Part shown: in pieces, positions 63,801 to 64,000 of the stretch
Position numbering within the stretch: the stretch's first letter is position 1
Layout: the number at the start of each line of letters is the position of its first letter
Origin: Halarcobacter sp.
GTDB taxonomy: Bacteria > Campylobacterota > Campylobacteria > Campylobacterales > Arcobacteraceae
DNA: 64,000 nt
Direction: 5' to 3'
Assembly (NCBI GenBank): GCA_048571215.1
Contig: CP182352.1
Coordinates: 3,168,001 to 3,232,000 of the forward strand
The notes under the pieces: model-generated
Told to the model about the DNA's origin: nothing
The model's input: the letters and a program-made list of their open reading frames with translations, nothing else
Database searches by the model: none
Position numbers and translations under genes: made by a program

Positions 63801-64000
63801 TATATCTTTAGCTTCAGTTTGAATACCCTCTTCAAAACCAATTAATTTACCACTATCTGCATGACCATTTAATGCATAAAAATTCATATTGTTTAAACCA
63901 GCATCAATATTTACATTAGAGCTAGAATCTGGGACATCATATGTGCTCATAAAGGTAAATGCCAAATCTAAGTTATCAATTAATAAACCTACGGCATCTT
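27873..64000 (-). CDS. Giant multi-domain repeat protein, >12,040 aa (5' end outside window)
   Basis: The frame stays open past the TTG at 63965 to the window edge, reading DAVGLLIDNLDLAF, which matches the internal motif DAVGLTIDNLDFA. Contains Pro-rich pentapeptides, 254-aa repeats, RTX-like nonamers, a helical stalk and the duplicated C-terminal block. Confidence 0.9.
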   Translation of the reverse strand, partial: DAVGLLIDNLDLAFTFMSTYDVPDSSSNVNIDAGLNNMNFYALNGHADSGKLIGFEEGIQTEAKDIDININSSFKNSVIAGLQNFSIPSISIPSISIPKISFPEIKVPTVDFPDLVISIPDITIPSITIPDIKIPGLGFNINIPDITIPSISIPDIVIPDFDLSLGSITLPDIQIPSITLPEIDIPELGFKITLPTIDFPAIKIPTITIPDISIPTIQLPDFEFPDIEFPDIEFPDIGLPSLSLPSISLPTISMPTISMPNISIPEFDIDIAIPDITLPNLSIPDISVPDLDFLSTFLYKLWDPAVDFQSSFGTNGYEVKAGSEILNINFDGNQRIGVDIGQAKLQVSEFVYLQGGFAFEKGPTYLVDVATGLPANLESTLSPLVNPLFDAAATGSTYSMLNDVEVASMTIGASNIQAFVGLNGPYKADEDLGSEIDLTTWAKDSNGKYKGLIYNTDGTLSSIYTDGNNYNDYVINNDAMGVTIDDLDFGMAIMDTTSPIINPVLDRFTAVKATAAMGGLVGFGDNLVLEAYDITINVNDGPEWLGGYGPAVIDWSSSFETSAGAGDGIFSIPTGGGTSMDINFDGNQRIGVDIGQAKLQVSEFVYLQGGFAFEKGPTYLVDVATGLPANLESTLSPLVNPLFDAAATGSTYSMLNDVEVASMTIGASNIQAFVGLNGPYKADEDLGSEIDLTTWAKDSNGKYKGLIYNTDGTLSSIYTDGNNYNDYVINNDAMGVTIDDLDFGMAIMDTTSPIINPVLDRFTAVKATAAMGGLVGFGDNLVLEAYDITINVNDGPEWLGGYGPAVIDWSSSFETSAGAGDGIFSIPTGGGTSMDINFDGNQRIGVDIGQAKLQVSEFVYLQGGFAFEKGPTYLVDVATGLPANLESTLSPLVNPLFDAAATGSTYSMLNDVEVASMTIGASNIQAFVGLNGPYKADEDLGSEIDLTTWAKDSNGKYKGLIYNTDGTLSSIYTDGNNYNDYVINNDAMGVTIDDLDFGMAIMDTTSPIINPVLDRFTAVKATAAMGGLVGFGDNLVLEAYDITINVNDGPEWLGGYGPAVIDWSSSFETSAGAGDGIFSIPTGGGTSMDINFDGNQRIGVDIGQAKLQVSEFVYLQGGFAFEKGPTYLVDVATGLPANLESTLSPLVNPLFDAAATGSTYSMLNDVEVASMTIGASNIQAFVGLNGPYKADEDLGSEIDLTTWAKDSNGKYKGLIYNTDGTLSSIYTDGNNYNDYVINNDAMGVTIDDLDFGMAIMDTTSPIINPVLDRFTAVKATAAMGGLVGFGDNLVLEAYDITINVNDGPEWLGGYGPAVIDWSSSFETSAGAGDGIFSIPTGGGTSMDINFDGNQRIGVDIGQAKLQVSEFVYLQGGFAFEKGPTYLVDVATGLPANLESTLSPLVNPLFDAAATGSTYSMLNDVEVASMTIGASNIQAFVGLNGPYKADEDLGSEIDLTTWAKDSNGKYKGLIYNTDGTLSSIYTDGNNYNDYVINNDAMGVTIDDLDFGMAIMDTTSPIINPVLDRFTAVKATAAMGGLVGFGDNLVLEAYDITINVNDGPEWLGGYGPAVIDWSSSFETSAGAGDGIFSIPTGGGTSMDINFDGNQRIGVDIGQAKLQVSEFLYIQGGMSFEKGPTYLVDIATGLPASQKDYFEPIIDPLFDAATTGSTYSLLKGVEVASMTIGASNVQAFVGINGPYKADEDLSTDTDGDGNPYNDYVINNDAVGLTIDNLDFAMAIMTTTSPIINPILDEFIAVRATADKAAFMGLENVLTIDVRDIDIQINTGPSWPLDMGPAVIDWENSFASTGGFVIPTGGDTSMTIDYDGNEKISAEIGNAVIQVSEFLYLSGSLSFEKGTVTNVFVDSGDFETLYPSGEKEVSIMTLGGANLVGFAGIGGPYKKDIYLDYDSDGDGNPYNDYEIINPNATGILIDNVNFATAIMTPTDIIQSRLIQFVTAKASVDQAALIGMEDYVEASLEGVEININTSLIKGLPPQATLLAAMPYIDYTQSFAETNGLQVSTGYQLAPGQESKEGLDFITIDFDTEIIQASVEYAKLDILGSLQVFGSLAFTKRSETVRLTDQREVQVISLSLGVVNAYGFIGVGDYYQDTNNDGRITEADTTNSSAIGLAITDLDLGATLMREVGTLTNVYFAVATSIDRVGLVGTSDVVEVEIEQLEFNANISSIGIGVVTVDFSKSTWIDENGTTQTGYAIETGDKANPIVLKYEEFVIDISGELSLQTMGVFSLQAVFQLSVDTEGLTLFIDGDGIIGNDSTISITAAVSALIYIDKDGLALTARLNAGIDLGPVMTLNIEQLDLTINTTGKDITYVVPEKFLDKVDYETLTILAKPEAYQDDDMSFYVMLEAKGTLNLLSALDLKGDIDFLFTDTRIVLSVGAILDLPVIEPIGVTGTLGITEGGFYGSLMLGNPFNGGSPLIDATAFTLSGGFLLQVNTTSSKQSVKALEIDANGQLTGKFVDEDIAASTLFIAGTANIKIAGAISLYGEISLKVNEEGFEADAALKLDLAEFGELNVDGAISILNTADEGAVFAMSLETDISFGLASIIGIDANAKVQINTSKNNVYAGVEKGTLFNLELDGKLNILALKANFEGSISIVDNVFELRIDDASVDFFGILNVGISGYLRSDGYFLIEGEAGFNIDLGVIKITSGVEMTFGNTIEKGPIVGLVLYGSVDVHINLGLFEINETLAGFRGEIELTAASAYLQASVTVAGISFSGDITWSWGDLPIIATQVGDALYLNMGDRWLERETPANRAIGNLYEDVIHETYNISEDKNGNILLKSMGVEKTYSGVKTIYGSGGEGNDVIIVDPSVTKTLIFDGGDGKDTFIIAGGASNSIIRGGSGNDLLVGGGTSNIKYYGEDGNDKFIGGDVSEIIDMGGGINTVNSAGGDDIINITENGTVTIDGGSGYDKVFIDILSDKDLIVGNRLFNYGGITINTTDSLEMIQVRDTSTSTTIKNNSQGDTWGNTGLTVLSNGTINVSDLEFIAPTARLSLVSNGIIGDIVTDVKEINIVNTSNTNGNITIIEKNDLVVVDDNKANGGIYTVNGNIDITLNAYESQLTLSSGAISTSTSGGDISIIADDIELESGNDKVIGTGNLTIKAKSSSQNYNLGSAAQTTYGIDKSDSLANGFMHLSMQDFSAFKNGFSHITIGDETTSTTTYLGDLEDSIIGNFSFNAKLTDYLSIFAGRINVVGDVKSTDKIEIVARYMEVRKTNTHAPLGTPDSGIYAKDIDIKLDEQLILTGWLRADDSINVNIHSTTGANPIVGYGTEANSFTADQGSVFATYNSGATITLNTAASIYSATTIKAFGSNSTITMSSNTGLTVLEGAVIAAREANSSINLSADDYLHINSGGSITAGAKWNQDTKEFEKTGADSSITLETTGEMKLAGAITSSGAMNLIGGGSDSDHADYFDTIPGENLTYVDYTKALEDSINSGTLPQEIIDALNTNNIKLGSNPSITSISNYTPFSSLSDEQKDQVALALGYTIYNPSDKSYYFNEDFTGTKQLITTLINGDGPNIESGYTYYDGLVFIDLDNNTLATSFKQGVSADYDNDLINWGSVGAPSADASFEQLTTAQKIVVAQSLGYSTDDEGVSFYNYNADAGKKYLKTFTEGILTDYKNEDIYWGDITAPNDSATFSSLTKEQKIVVAQSLGYAVYEDVYVNLNLEDGKQIVKSTTAGGDFQVRNINWGGVKAPEDGTTFESLTLAQQEVVLTSLEYSRYNDTIYYNTNAADGKKLLTTLVEGDDYSNSSIDWKDVNKPADDAKFKDLNALQKEIVLNEKGYRLFTGVVYTNGEDFKLTFVEGDGGDYTNDSITWSKVEVPDDDVLFEDLNASQKYYVLNQTGYSEYSNKFYYKADAAENKKLLSSFEEGIDYSNSNMDWGTTSFSSTNRWIVSDGENSYILYAEDITGDGVAEKIRVQEKHELVGQRGYGFLLTGTLTSLQDNTDMVISGAEDTIVRGNINLYGENSSLVVQSDKWVYWEGEAEVTGDISILGGVDLNTFDITNTVKETSVFIHATSKLNNTSSGNNITVIGGKDVEIHGQVASGVNLDIGNINFAGNDSTVYIGAGEQVLINTAILASKSITIETLNAPSSDDLNKSLIITSAGGLTVGGETSDNSGGSINISTVGDIEAIGMILSGGTVKQTFDSQGNLISEDITWSDEYSTVTIESLGKVSIAGDTETQSGDIVEVGGIIQANNEITIIGGVSNDHIGIYLPGGAKLATHDADGVITLKAYDDALIYGLIAAGASIDTYYDPTGTTLGYMINNYGGNSKVIIESKSQVEIGRDIVAGALVDIRGGNGTQRDIDETLGEDGHFFNLKDQGLVIGAGLDIKTLQENSTITLSSSGDLAILAPVWNDELLASTFLEYANGQLTQDVTLSLEIDLGTHIVKGDVLISANDTLDNNSISDLKADIQNAINSTAFTVTQSLSGTPALNSTQTIENKVTVRVVDGRLMLTSDYSFDIKSNSINLDKLGFATGVDLSSVSSIAVDASQKGSVVNLGKNGLENGSIYLSNWIKAHSGLNFYSGEKPTDGGNQDFYFGAFGTIETLSGSIYLNPGDNGVLLGDLIARGAGADIILESKNTLEIKGSITAQDDIFITAGQVLNEGETSIETFGTSSITTLDVGGNIRIQGYNDVVINSTIGKDKDGIVNTNLENLTILAYKGDLSIEKQSGYIETGAQIILSGRNIDVHGVILSSRNTSSLYDEELSFIADKGVNLQGVVELDGSMKIQTTEDIVLNNLKLIIDNPNQHLKLYSDGDIYLGDTTPQDGVESAGAVILDANGYVDVRAEGDIFVGFDAQILSKNEIKITANNLVAIGTIRAGASFDTDANKSKWLASLGKISITTQGSTILGGNGLDENNNLITWGANIESTGSISITTGEDVNRVGLSVSSESIIAVDVTTNGQFADTADGVINIISDGDIQIYGNIKSTDDGADLNITSYSLLLIDGVVHADDKIVLKGGTSTTGAGIIINSFITDDNDDYISGGSVKTSDSGSIELYSQNSILIKGNLGEVVEVNNENVALTDSIYIEVLASDVTIMGNVEAKNNIEVISKNINIIDGHIFARSANSSITLRASETFYTAALPEEGYVRADNLVHIIASTARIYGIVETTGNNSRLLINVGKDLIITGTVKSKNDIDLNAGIDTDNTNAVLEGVISSVSLTNGNILISKQGVITAIDGDITAQAGNDITVNADSSVSGDVKVEIPVVTTYTKEYTVVSGSIPHAEQIQVPKITWVSTRLTEQVGEEKVVVGNYYITMDVSLEMVGYYNPNATDGNKFREILIEGIDYLNDNIDWANAGNEATPNRTAESVTSDYKSSDYKTFTGLNDAQKQAVLNATGYKAVYQFSYTNALKNQVRNGTISDPQVYVPEWKDAGQKVYNIQIDGWKDKYILMPEGAQEDILRVVSQGEAKYLTGDSTDIGNTGTWKSASEAGVKFVNVNGNEKASFVKGTDYTNNAAISWETYGAEIPIVYKKGATTLSDLSKNIFVDVSIEDLISEITVSGSQYNGQTINWSAYGATAPSSNTDFEDLSYTQQYAVLFELDYYKENLVLGTDYNNADIPWGLLNATAPSETTEYANLSTVQKQAVMQSLGYYLEKIDFDNLTYAAKVKEATKLGYTASIDETKEWADLTFSQKMAVAGTLGYSLDTSGVGEYVGSYVDYSEVIYTQDKSRFDGTTTTYNTTDKNNSSEWSGRNSEVDYDSSAARWKVEYDTSAKANTNAIDTVKNTYTDGTGYRVYDLDGEVIAGNADTRVLSANRDPNWTWESTEMTNSSDPYANDPYNTVRYTDNIYALSTYDSVLDNDTSSLTQIDSSTRTNVKVGSFKYWGDWNDRGQVRYYSWAGSTSYSSFDWENGTRGWHENWADSFTGDGSNGHQIQTRGWYNSSGIDSMHWYARTRDEYTTIVTETQYDYEYKWTSNTHNIYDNRIKLEYQLVTQSHNIYDDRPIFETKTIEKENISYSNETVWTYETVYDTQTETYTETNYEEIDILGGEFAGETISGSNINFVSNGTTNLTGIISATDDINIVSKDTLTITGVNANGATVETVSKINATNISIDSKNTIDISDSVAFTITESANINSKYDISLGSETAFNQTVKVVEDDTVGGYTYGTLEISAKDITVKSGTNIAISANLTAQDSITLNAGDSTVGSINDGSIVGDYETNLKVENTNSDITLTTGSIGGDVILTGSNLEAKDTISMNIESGKLFHSLGLVTSDTLDVIAESQISANTSVNSVDLTLTDKGDISIKNDKNLTITKAQAQDGEIKIDVFGDAIVKDVKTLGTSDKNDFKLNTYEIGSATANVTIENITLGLRGDAIFDIQGNISQTTGVINSDEIVIDVFTNVTLLTKASKISLESNAIGDVNITQSGAKSLTLEDVIVYNGDFTLVSDGAIDIKNLISKTDTNSPNNGTTWVDNVISINNTTSATQKDISIQNIKFGSYEIINGEYFTDTYDEINEVTVSTKLTSINSTGDLIIKSAGAIYESFSDTDADIVADKITLEAKTDITGLELIANELTKITTESGNIELYESDRDIEVTKGLVILEVSSALNTTSNINIIAQNSIFVKENSSLTADNIRLESLEKNIIVSKPTSGDSLHYTTGIGFAADGVVDLYRFFNASGSIEYRAGDKFQFGTDTPGETTALLPADITSDSIILETGSSLSITGTLTAKNYVELVSAQNINITGDIVSSTGGYIGQVKIIAEGTKTVEKINNAGAQFNTGYIIINTTGIDSTNFEIRAKEDISINLESNFYLSGFIGGLDGFDSAQNISISLDDGDTNTSEKLTVTGGIIASNNTLKMNASEISSDDSSIFIGKDLIVTTKGGMLLNTLVDTITAQSTTTGNIIINEADDVKLLDIYAYDGKIDITAGGKLDAYKVITAKDTADNLVITSSPENNTDLINAKTALDAAISSLASAQAAYDKAVADDAALTTAQTNLDNISSSTEAANKNTTQTALTNASAAVATAQATVDTKLAEYNTAKDAYNSAVAAYDLAYAFNLIVPNVTNAQTNISDFKDAIASGNASSILNKSTNATATTNGLVTEASSIDLASKMDNDARLLVDYTTTKTDLQALANSLKAIVDGSSTLVSNAQVVVDITSVKTVTTQLLTVADEVKTAITNLQSGTVTTTLKDAMTTAFNNAKAIQTSVANLVSSLADGTDAKTKAQSAKTYADSLVSQATAAKAKSDATQNTTAQMVTDIGTLRGSISTLSNDTNSALTTANTNLSSAITNYNNNYDLANVLTTISTNYDLNTKNTNKATTLAESDTKKTAYTDANAILSEKKNLKITAQINYDNAATAYITLQNQLTSIKDAAQTKADLTDASALNDTLTTAQSTKDNAQSSYDTLLSASQAAQNNANSLMDEEGYKSSFTGNNIFLSSVGDMRVDYVESGSLAGSLKENTVVVLDFAGSLTELDDDQNEVDVFAKQVYIKGSGATIKMMNTADDVGEGLNDIEVANTSTTNAVVSDTTVTNSFVNSYDGDKVLIIPYIVTTDSSIEATGSLTVAKFKSSGNGENITFTAGTDLAIVSELNVGNGTDGGTINLNAANGGISLGGTVTADTLNVTAKDSFSVKSEINNLELDVTGAGDVNVEQNGDLTVTSLAMNGGDIDFDVIGDVVFDSITGIVGNINITATGSVTIKGLSDAKDVVITSGSNVTLTLDADTLKIISNGEVIVNETNDVTINTLTRNDTTANVTLNANGNMVLNDKIIATGTSTVNISAGKDNTGTLTLNSPISSENADISLSAGSGIIMNEQADINSASAISIDAGTGKLTMSVETVIQTSDIITITSQDHITIGKLISTYTGNLSAVNITSTSGAILDAGEGAADITATTNLVTLKSATGIGTGVFGSIETKVDTIDITNSTSKDISFTELDGLKINSIVQGGSGNIDFETINGEIIVQGTGITSQDGSLSIYAGGTNSFFTLNSDINTSGGSVEVITEQGNLILKEGIKVDGIGGVTLIASSGSILNDIENLLWLKDGSGKYDFDDSLVWAFKNFKFQTDVNTGEIKVVNAQSYDELTNDTILRKAGGSYIQTQGLLTLEAKNSIGGRPSSDAVDPTSETADQKEAREALEKIALSIVIDASELTMYSANKDNVFITTMDGVEVIGSDKAGSKGGATNVTSLGGTQEITNALDASGEDIDITSEDITITSEIRSVGANLNIKASDPTSNKKVFIGTTIDDTTGSMYLDSTELGFIQEGFNSVILGDETSRNIIIFGDQDDSSNVDINLKNSLVVNNPNLGGEMYIYDNLIGGEGTSLSIYGSGHTLNFGSGGSDTAISLADDVLISDSIVVTSNDSITAGTDGTGNITLGASTTHRLDGNAGTTDTLNLNANGGSIVVNSTVGYTDQLEGLSILDTSDNSEGAENVTFKGEVNVDGDIYIYATGTVTFNQQLTLSGNLTIIGADLVVFEDGVSAGGDILIEGNEINFKGGEESITSTGAGTLTLRPTNTSYDMSISSPPLETTANTLNITATEMGTLTDGFSKIIFGHKDIDNHTKSTAVGEVRVGVIASNQLTFKDNVEIYGGSIKIEDYSNEYNKLIASGDITLDAINNITISNYIEAQSSDITLYSQSGKISQINDSTDGLTSEELVSNTLTVSSQTGIDLMFTKVTTLDAQNLGTGNIKINELASGGDIVVNRLSQSATGGTTSLTTQNGNITIASGQNGVSNAGSGSLTIQAKDTGIDTVVNVNETITSAGENVNLKADGNININANITHTYAAGAINITSYNDSIVMADATSASSTNGIINYTANDNIKLSLVSTAANVNLSATSGNISDNLSAETANVIADVLTINSNTGVGTSVDDINTTVSNIDITNATSGDIYVKETDTLTIDAITQTLAGNISVVATLGDITQDGDINSTSGTITLSSIAGSIIMNNDTLTKSSNSADITLNAANNIKLSLVSTTANVNLSATNGYISDNLSAETANVIADVLTINSNTGVGTSVDDINTTVSNIDITNATSGDIYVKETDTLTIDAITQSSNLGVVNIVSSLGDITQDGAISSVAGNIDVVSSAGSIIMNSGKNTTSTSGVVTYTANTNVALSVIDTSSNVNITATNGNISDNLDTEDANIKGTTTVVSLVAATGIGASGDADIDTTIASLTASNTTSGDIFIQESDDLSITSLSALGTTGNAVVSTINGAITAGTITANNNILLTTEDVANDEAFDITLNGIVTSNNGNISIVSDNDVLVNANIIASTATKTIQVIALNDITMADGTQIATTNSGNILLDAGNDVNIESINAGTGSVSITALGNLVDTDAIDTTNSDVDIQASSLLLDITGFIGTATNHIETTVTTLSAKGAGLFVSESDGLSIDSVSVDVNGVNSDGSITATANSAQENLVSTDKLILVSASGDIDVTSNATVSSNGDTLLKADNITLSSALSSTSGALSIITGGTFAQNANITTVGTVDVQANAISMASTSKTDATAANVRYASTTTLSLGQIVTTSDVSLLASSISDANANTNNITADELKLTVSGSTATTLDYIETDISTLSSNGGSLFITQAGNLTINETSAISVTTINTDASTTNTEDALQSNISSSGEVAITSTTGSITITDGKNIIAQDDITLNAANNIKLSLVSTTANVNLSATNGYISDNLSAETANVIADVLTINSNTGVGTSVDDINTTVSNIDITNATSGDIYVKETDTLTIDAITQSSNLGVVNIVSSLGDITQDGAISSVAGNIDVVSSAGSIIMNSGKNTTSTSGVVTYTANTNVALSVIDTSSNVNITATNGNISDNLDTEDANIKGTTTVVSLVAATGIGASGDADIDTTIASLTASNTTSGDIFIQESDDLSITSLSALGTTGNAVVSTINGAITAGTITANNNILLTTEDVANDEAFDITLNGIVTSNNGNISIVSDNDVLVNANIIASTATKTIQVIALNDITMADGTQIATTNSGNILLDAGNDVNIESINAGTGSVSITALGNLVDTDAIDTTNSDVDIQASSLLLDITGFIGTATNHIETTVTTLSAKGAGLFVSESDGLSIDSVSVDVNGVNSDGSITATANSAQENLVSTDKLILVSASGDIDVTSNATVSSNGDTLLKADNITLSSALSSTSGALSIITGGTFAQNANITTVGTVDVQANAISMASTSKTDATAANVRYASTTTLSLGQIVTTSDVSLLATTITNNLISTAPFNNVKADELKITASTLGTNASNLKTDLATLSANVSGDVFVKEANAVNIGQTSAITVTTIGTDASTSNTIDALQTKLSSLGNLVLQASGVITTLDITGNIEASGNILVKSATNITSNAQILSTGGNITLDASANININDNVTTQTANKTIDIFSTAGNVIMSDASQVSTSDSNIRVKAKDFSISSLNAGTANVSLFLTGVFSDSGDTNTDITANKLRVYLSGAGVVGANTQNIETSINVLSAVVNKNGLYLDNSKDILIDNVEAISVNKVGTNGLTTARTDDAQDSINSTGTVSLIANGSILDRADNSVSIISDKLILDATNGIGTQANNLNTTVSNIDITNATSGDIYVKETDTLTIDAITQSSNLGVVNIVSTLGDITQDGAISSVAGNIDVVSSAGSIIMNSGKNTTSTNGVVTYTANTNVALSVIDTSSNVNITATNGNISDNLSAETANVIADVLTINSNTGVGTSVDDINTTVSNIDITNATSGDIYVKETDTLTIDAITQSSNLGVVNIVSTLGDITQDGAISSVAGNIDVVSSAGSIIMNSGKNTTSTNGVVTYTANTNVALSVIDTSSNVNITATNGNISDNLSAETANVIADVLTINSNTGVGTSVDDINTTVSNIDITNATSGDIYVKETDTLTIDAITQSSNLGVVNIVSSLGDITQDGAISSVAGNIDVVSSAGSIIMNSGKNTTSTSGVVTYTANTNVALSVIDTSSNVNITATNGNISDNLDTEDANIKGTTTVVSLVAATGIGANGDADIDTTIASLTASNTTSGDIFIQESDDLILDSITTSGNVDITASNLTNTATSLLSSSLLSLDVTSADINTKVSTLTATASGDVTINESDDLILDSITTSGNVDITASNLTNTATSLLSSSLLSLDVTSADINTKVSTLTATASGDVTINESDDLILDSITTSGNVDITASNLTNTATSLLSSSLLSLDVTSADINTKVSTLTATASGDVTINESDDLILDSITTSGNVDITASNLTNTATSLLSSSLLSLDVTSADINTKVSTLTATASGDVTINESDDLILDSITTSGNVDITASNLTNTATSLLSSSLLSLDVTSADINTKVSTLTATASGDVTINESDDLILDSITTSGNVDITASNLTNTATSLLSSSLLSLDVTSADINTKVSTLTATASGDVTINESDDLILDSITTSGNVDITASNLTNTATSLLSSSLLSLDVTSADINTKVSTLTATASGDVTINESDDLILDSITTSGNVDITASNLTNTATSLLSSSLLSLDVTSADINTKVSTLTATASGDVTINESDDLILDSITTSGNVDITASNLTNTATSLLSSSLLSLDVTSADINTKVSTLTATASGDVTINESDDLILDSITTSGNVDITASNLTNTATSLLSSSLLSLDVTSADINTKVSTLTATASGDVTINESDDLILDSITTSGNVDITASNLTNTATSLLSSSLLSLDVTSADINTKVSTLTATASGDVTINESDDLILDSITTSGNVDITASNLTNTATSLLSSSLLSLDVTSADINTKVSTLTATASGDVTINESDDLILDSMTTDGNVTISANNITNNTTLVADKLSLDVTTASLDTDIAVLKAIASGDVSINELDYLVVEDVQTSSNVTIQTQDSMKIGTISANTVTLKTQDGRITDYYNNQNTNITAQNLNMVGKGAFTKGEYLLNSTSLNNLSNNAINTDVRNLFIANKQEAKIDSKIGSSTSVFLVEKDNYSLQVVNKTIVTPKLSQIETTMDLTNSYSAVEQWSFAKEIDYELLNSSYVMKTHHVQAQENIQTRVTSLFESINNPTYVNHTSNVVNTQTVQTSITDVLNPISLNYSNYTSNFNENLIIDRIDSELFEYWIEDIAL
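28801..31097 (-). repeat. 189-bp tandem repeat, 12 full units plus a partial unit
   Basis: Same unit as 15535-17453; recurs from 28801 to 31069. Confidence 0.95.
31248..32464 (-). repeat. 432-bp tandem repeat, ~2.8 units
   Basis: Marker sequence at 31384, 31816 and 32248. Confidence 0.9.
33488..37244 (-). repeat. Two ~1.7-kb direct copies with 2046-bp period
   Basis: 34270/36316 and 34801/36847 are offset by 2046. Confidence 0.9.
55207..55565 (-). other. Cluster of RTX-like Ca-binding nonamers inside the giant protein
   Basis: GGEGNDVII, GGDGKDTFI, GGSGNDLLV, GEDGNDKFI, SAGGDDIIN, GGSGYDKVF. Confidence 0.8.
59143..63019 (-). repeat. 762-bp (254-aa) intragenic tandem repeat, 5 units
   Basis: gcttgacctatatctactcc at 59161, 59923, 60685, 61447, 62209 and 62971. 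Confidence 0.95.
63121..63745 (-). repeat. Degenerate 15-bp (I/L/F-P-x-I-x) pentapeptide repeat tract
   Basis: IPSISIPSISIPKISFPEIKVPTVDFPD...FPDIEFPDIEFPDIGLPSLSLPSISLP over ~205 aa. Confidence 0.85.

Noticed and set aside
63963..63965. TTG as the start of the 12,030-aa ORF
   Set aside because: The frame is open upstream to the window edge and encodes a continuation of the repeat motif.

Overview
AT-rich bacterial DNA; the gene content and AAGGA-type RBSs suggest Campylobacterota (Arcobacteraceae-like), which is inference. About 48 kb is taken up by two giant minus-strand genes for repeat-rich surface or secreted proteins. One is >12,040 aa and runs off the right edge of the window. The other is 4,092 aa with an N-terminal LEPR-XLL-type motif (LESRLLLSA). 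The two share an apparently nucleotide-identical 3' block of ~11.3-11.8 kb that differs in tandem-repeat copy number, and a sapC-family gene plus a terminator lie between them. Downstream is a tightly coupled minus-strand operon: lipoprotein, TolC-family channel, RND/HlyD adaptor, GAF-HlyD adaptor, RRE/PqqD-like + M50 peptidase + HlyD fusion, short SecA-like ATPase and an MtnK/APH-like kinase. No ABC transporter is present in the window. The best candidate for an undescribed system is therefore a SecA-paralogue-powered, M50-protease-containing, TolC-dependent export apparatus for giant LEPR-XLL proteins. The left end carries a plus-strand cluster: partial histidine kinase, OmpR-type regulator, U32-like Cys-rich protein and a kinase paralogue with HGD changed to HGN. 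No rRNA, tRNA, CRISPR array or transposase was seen.
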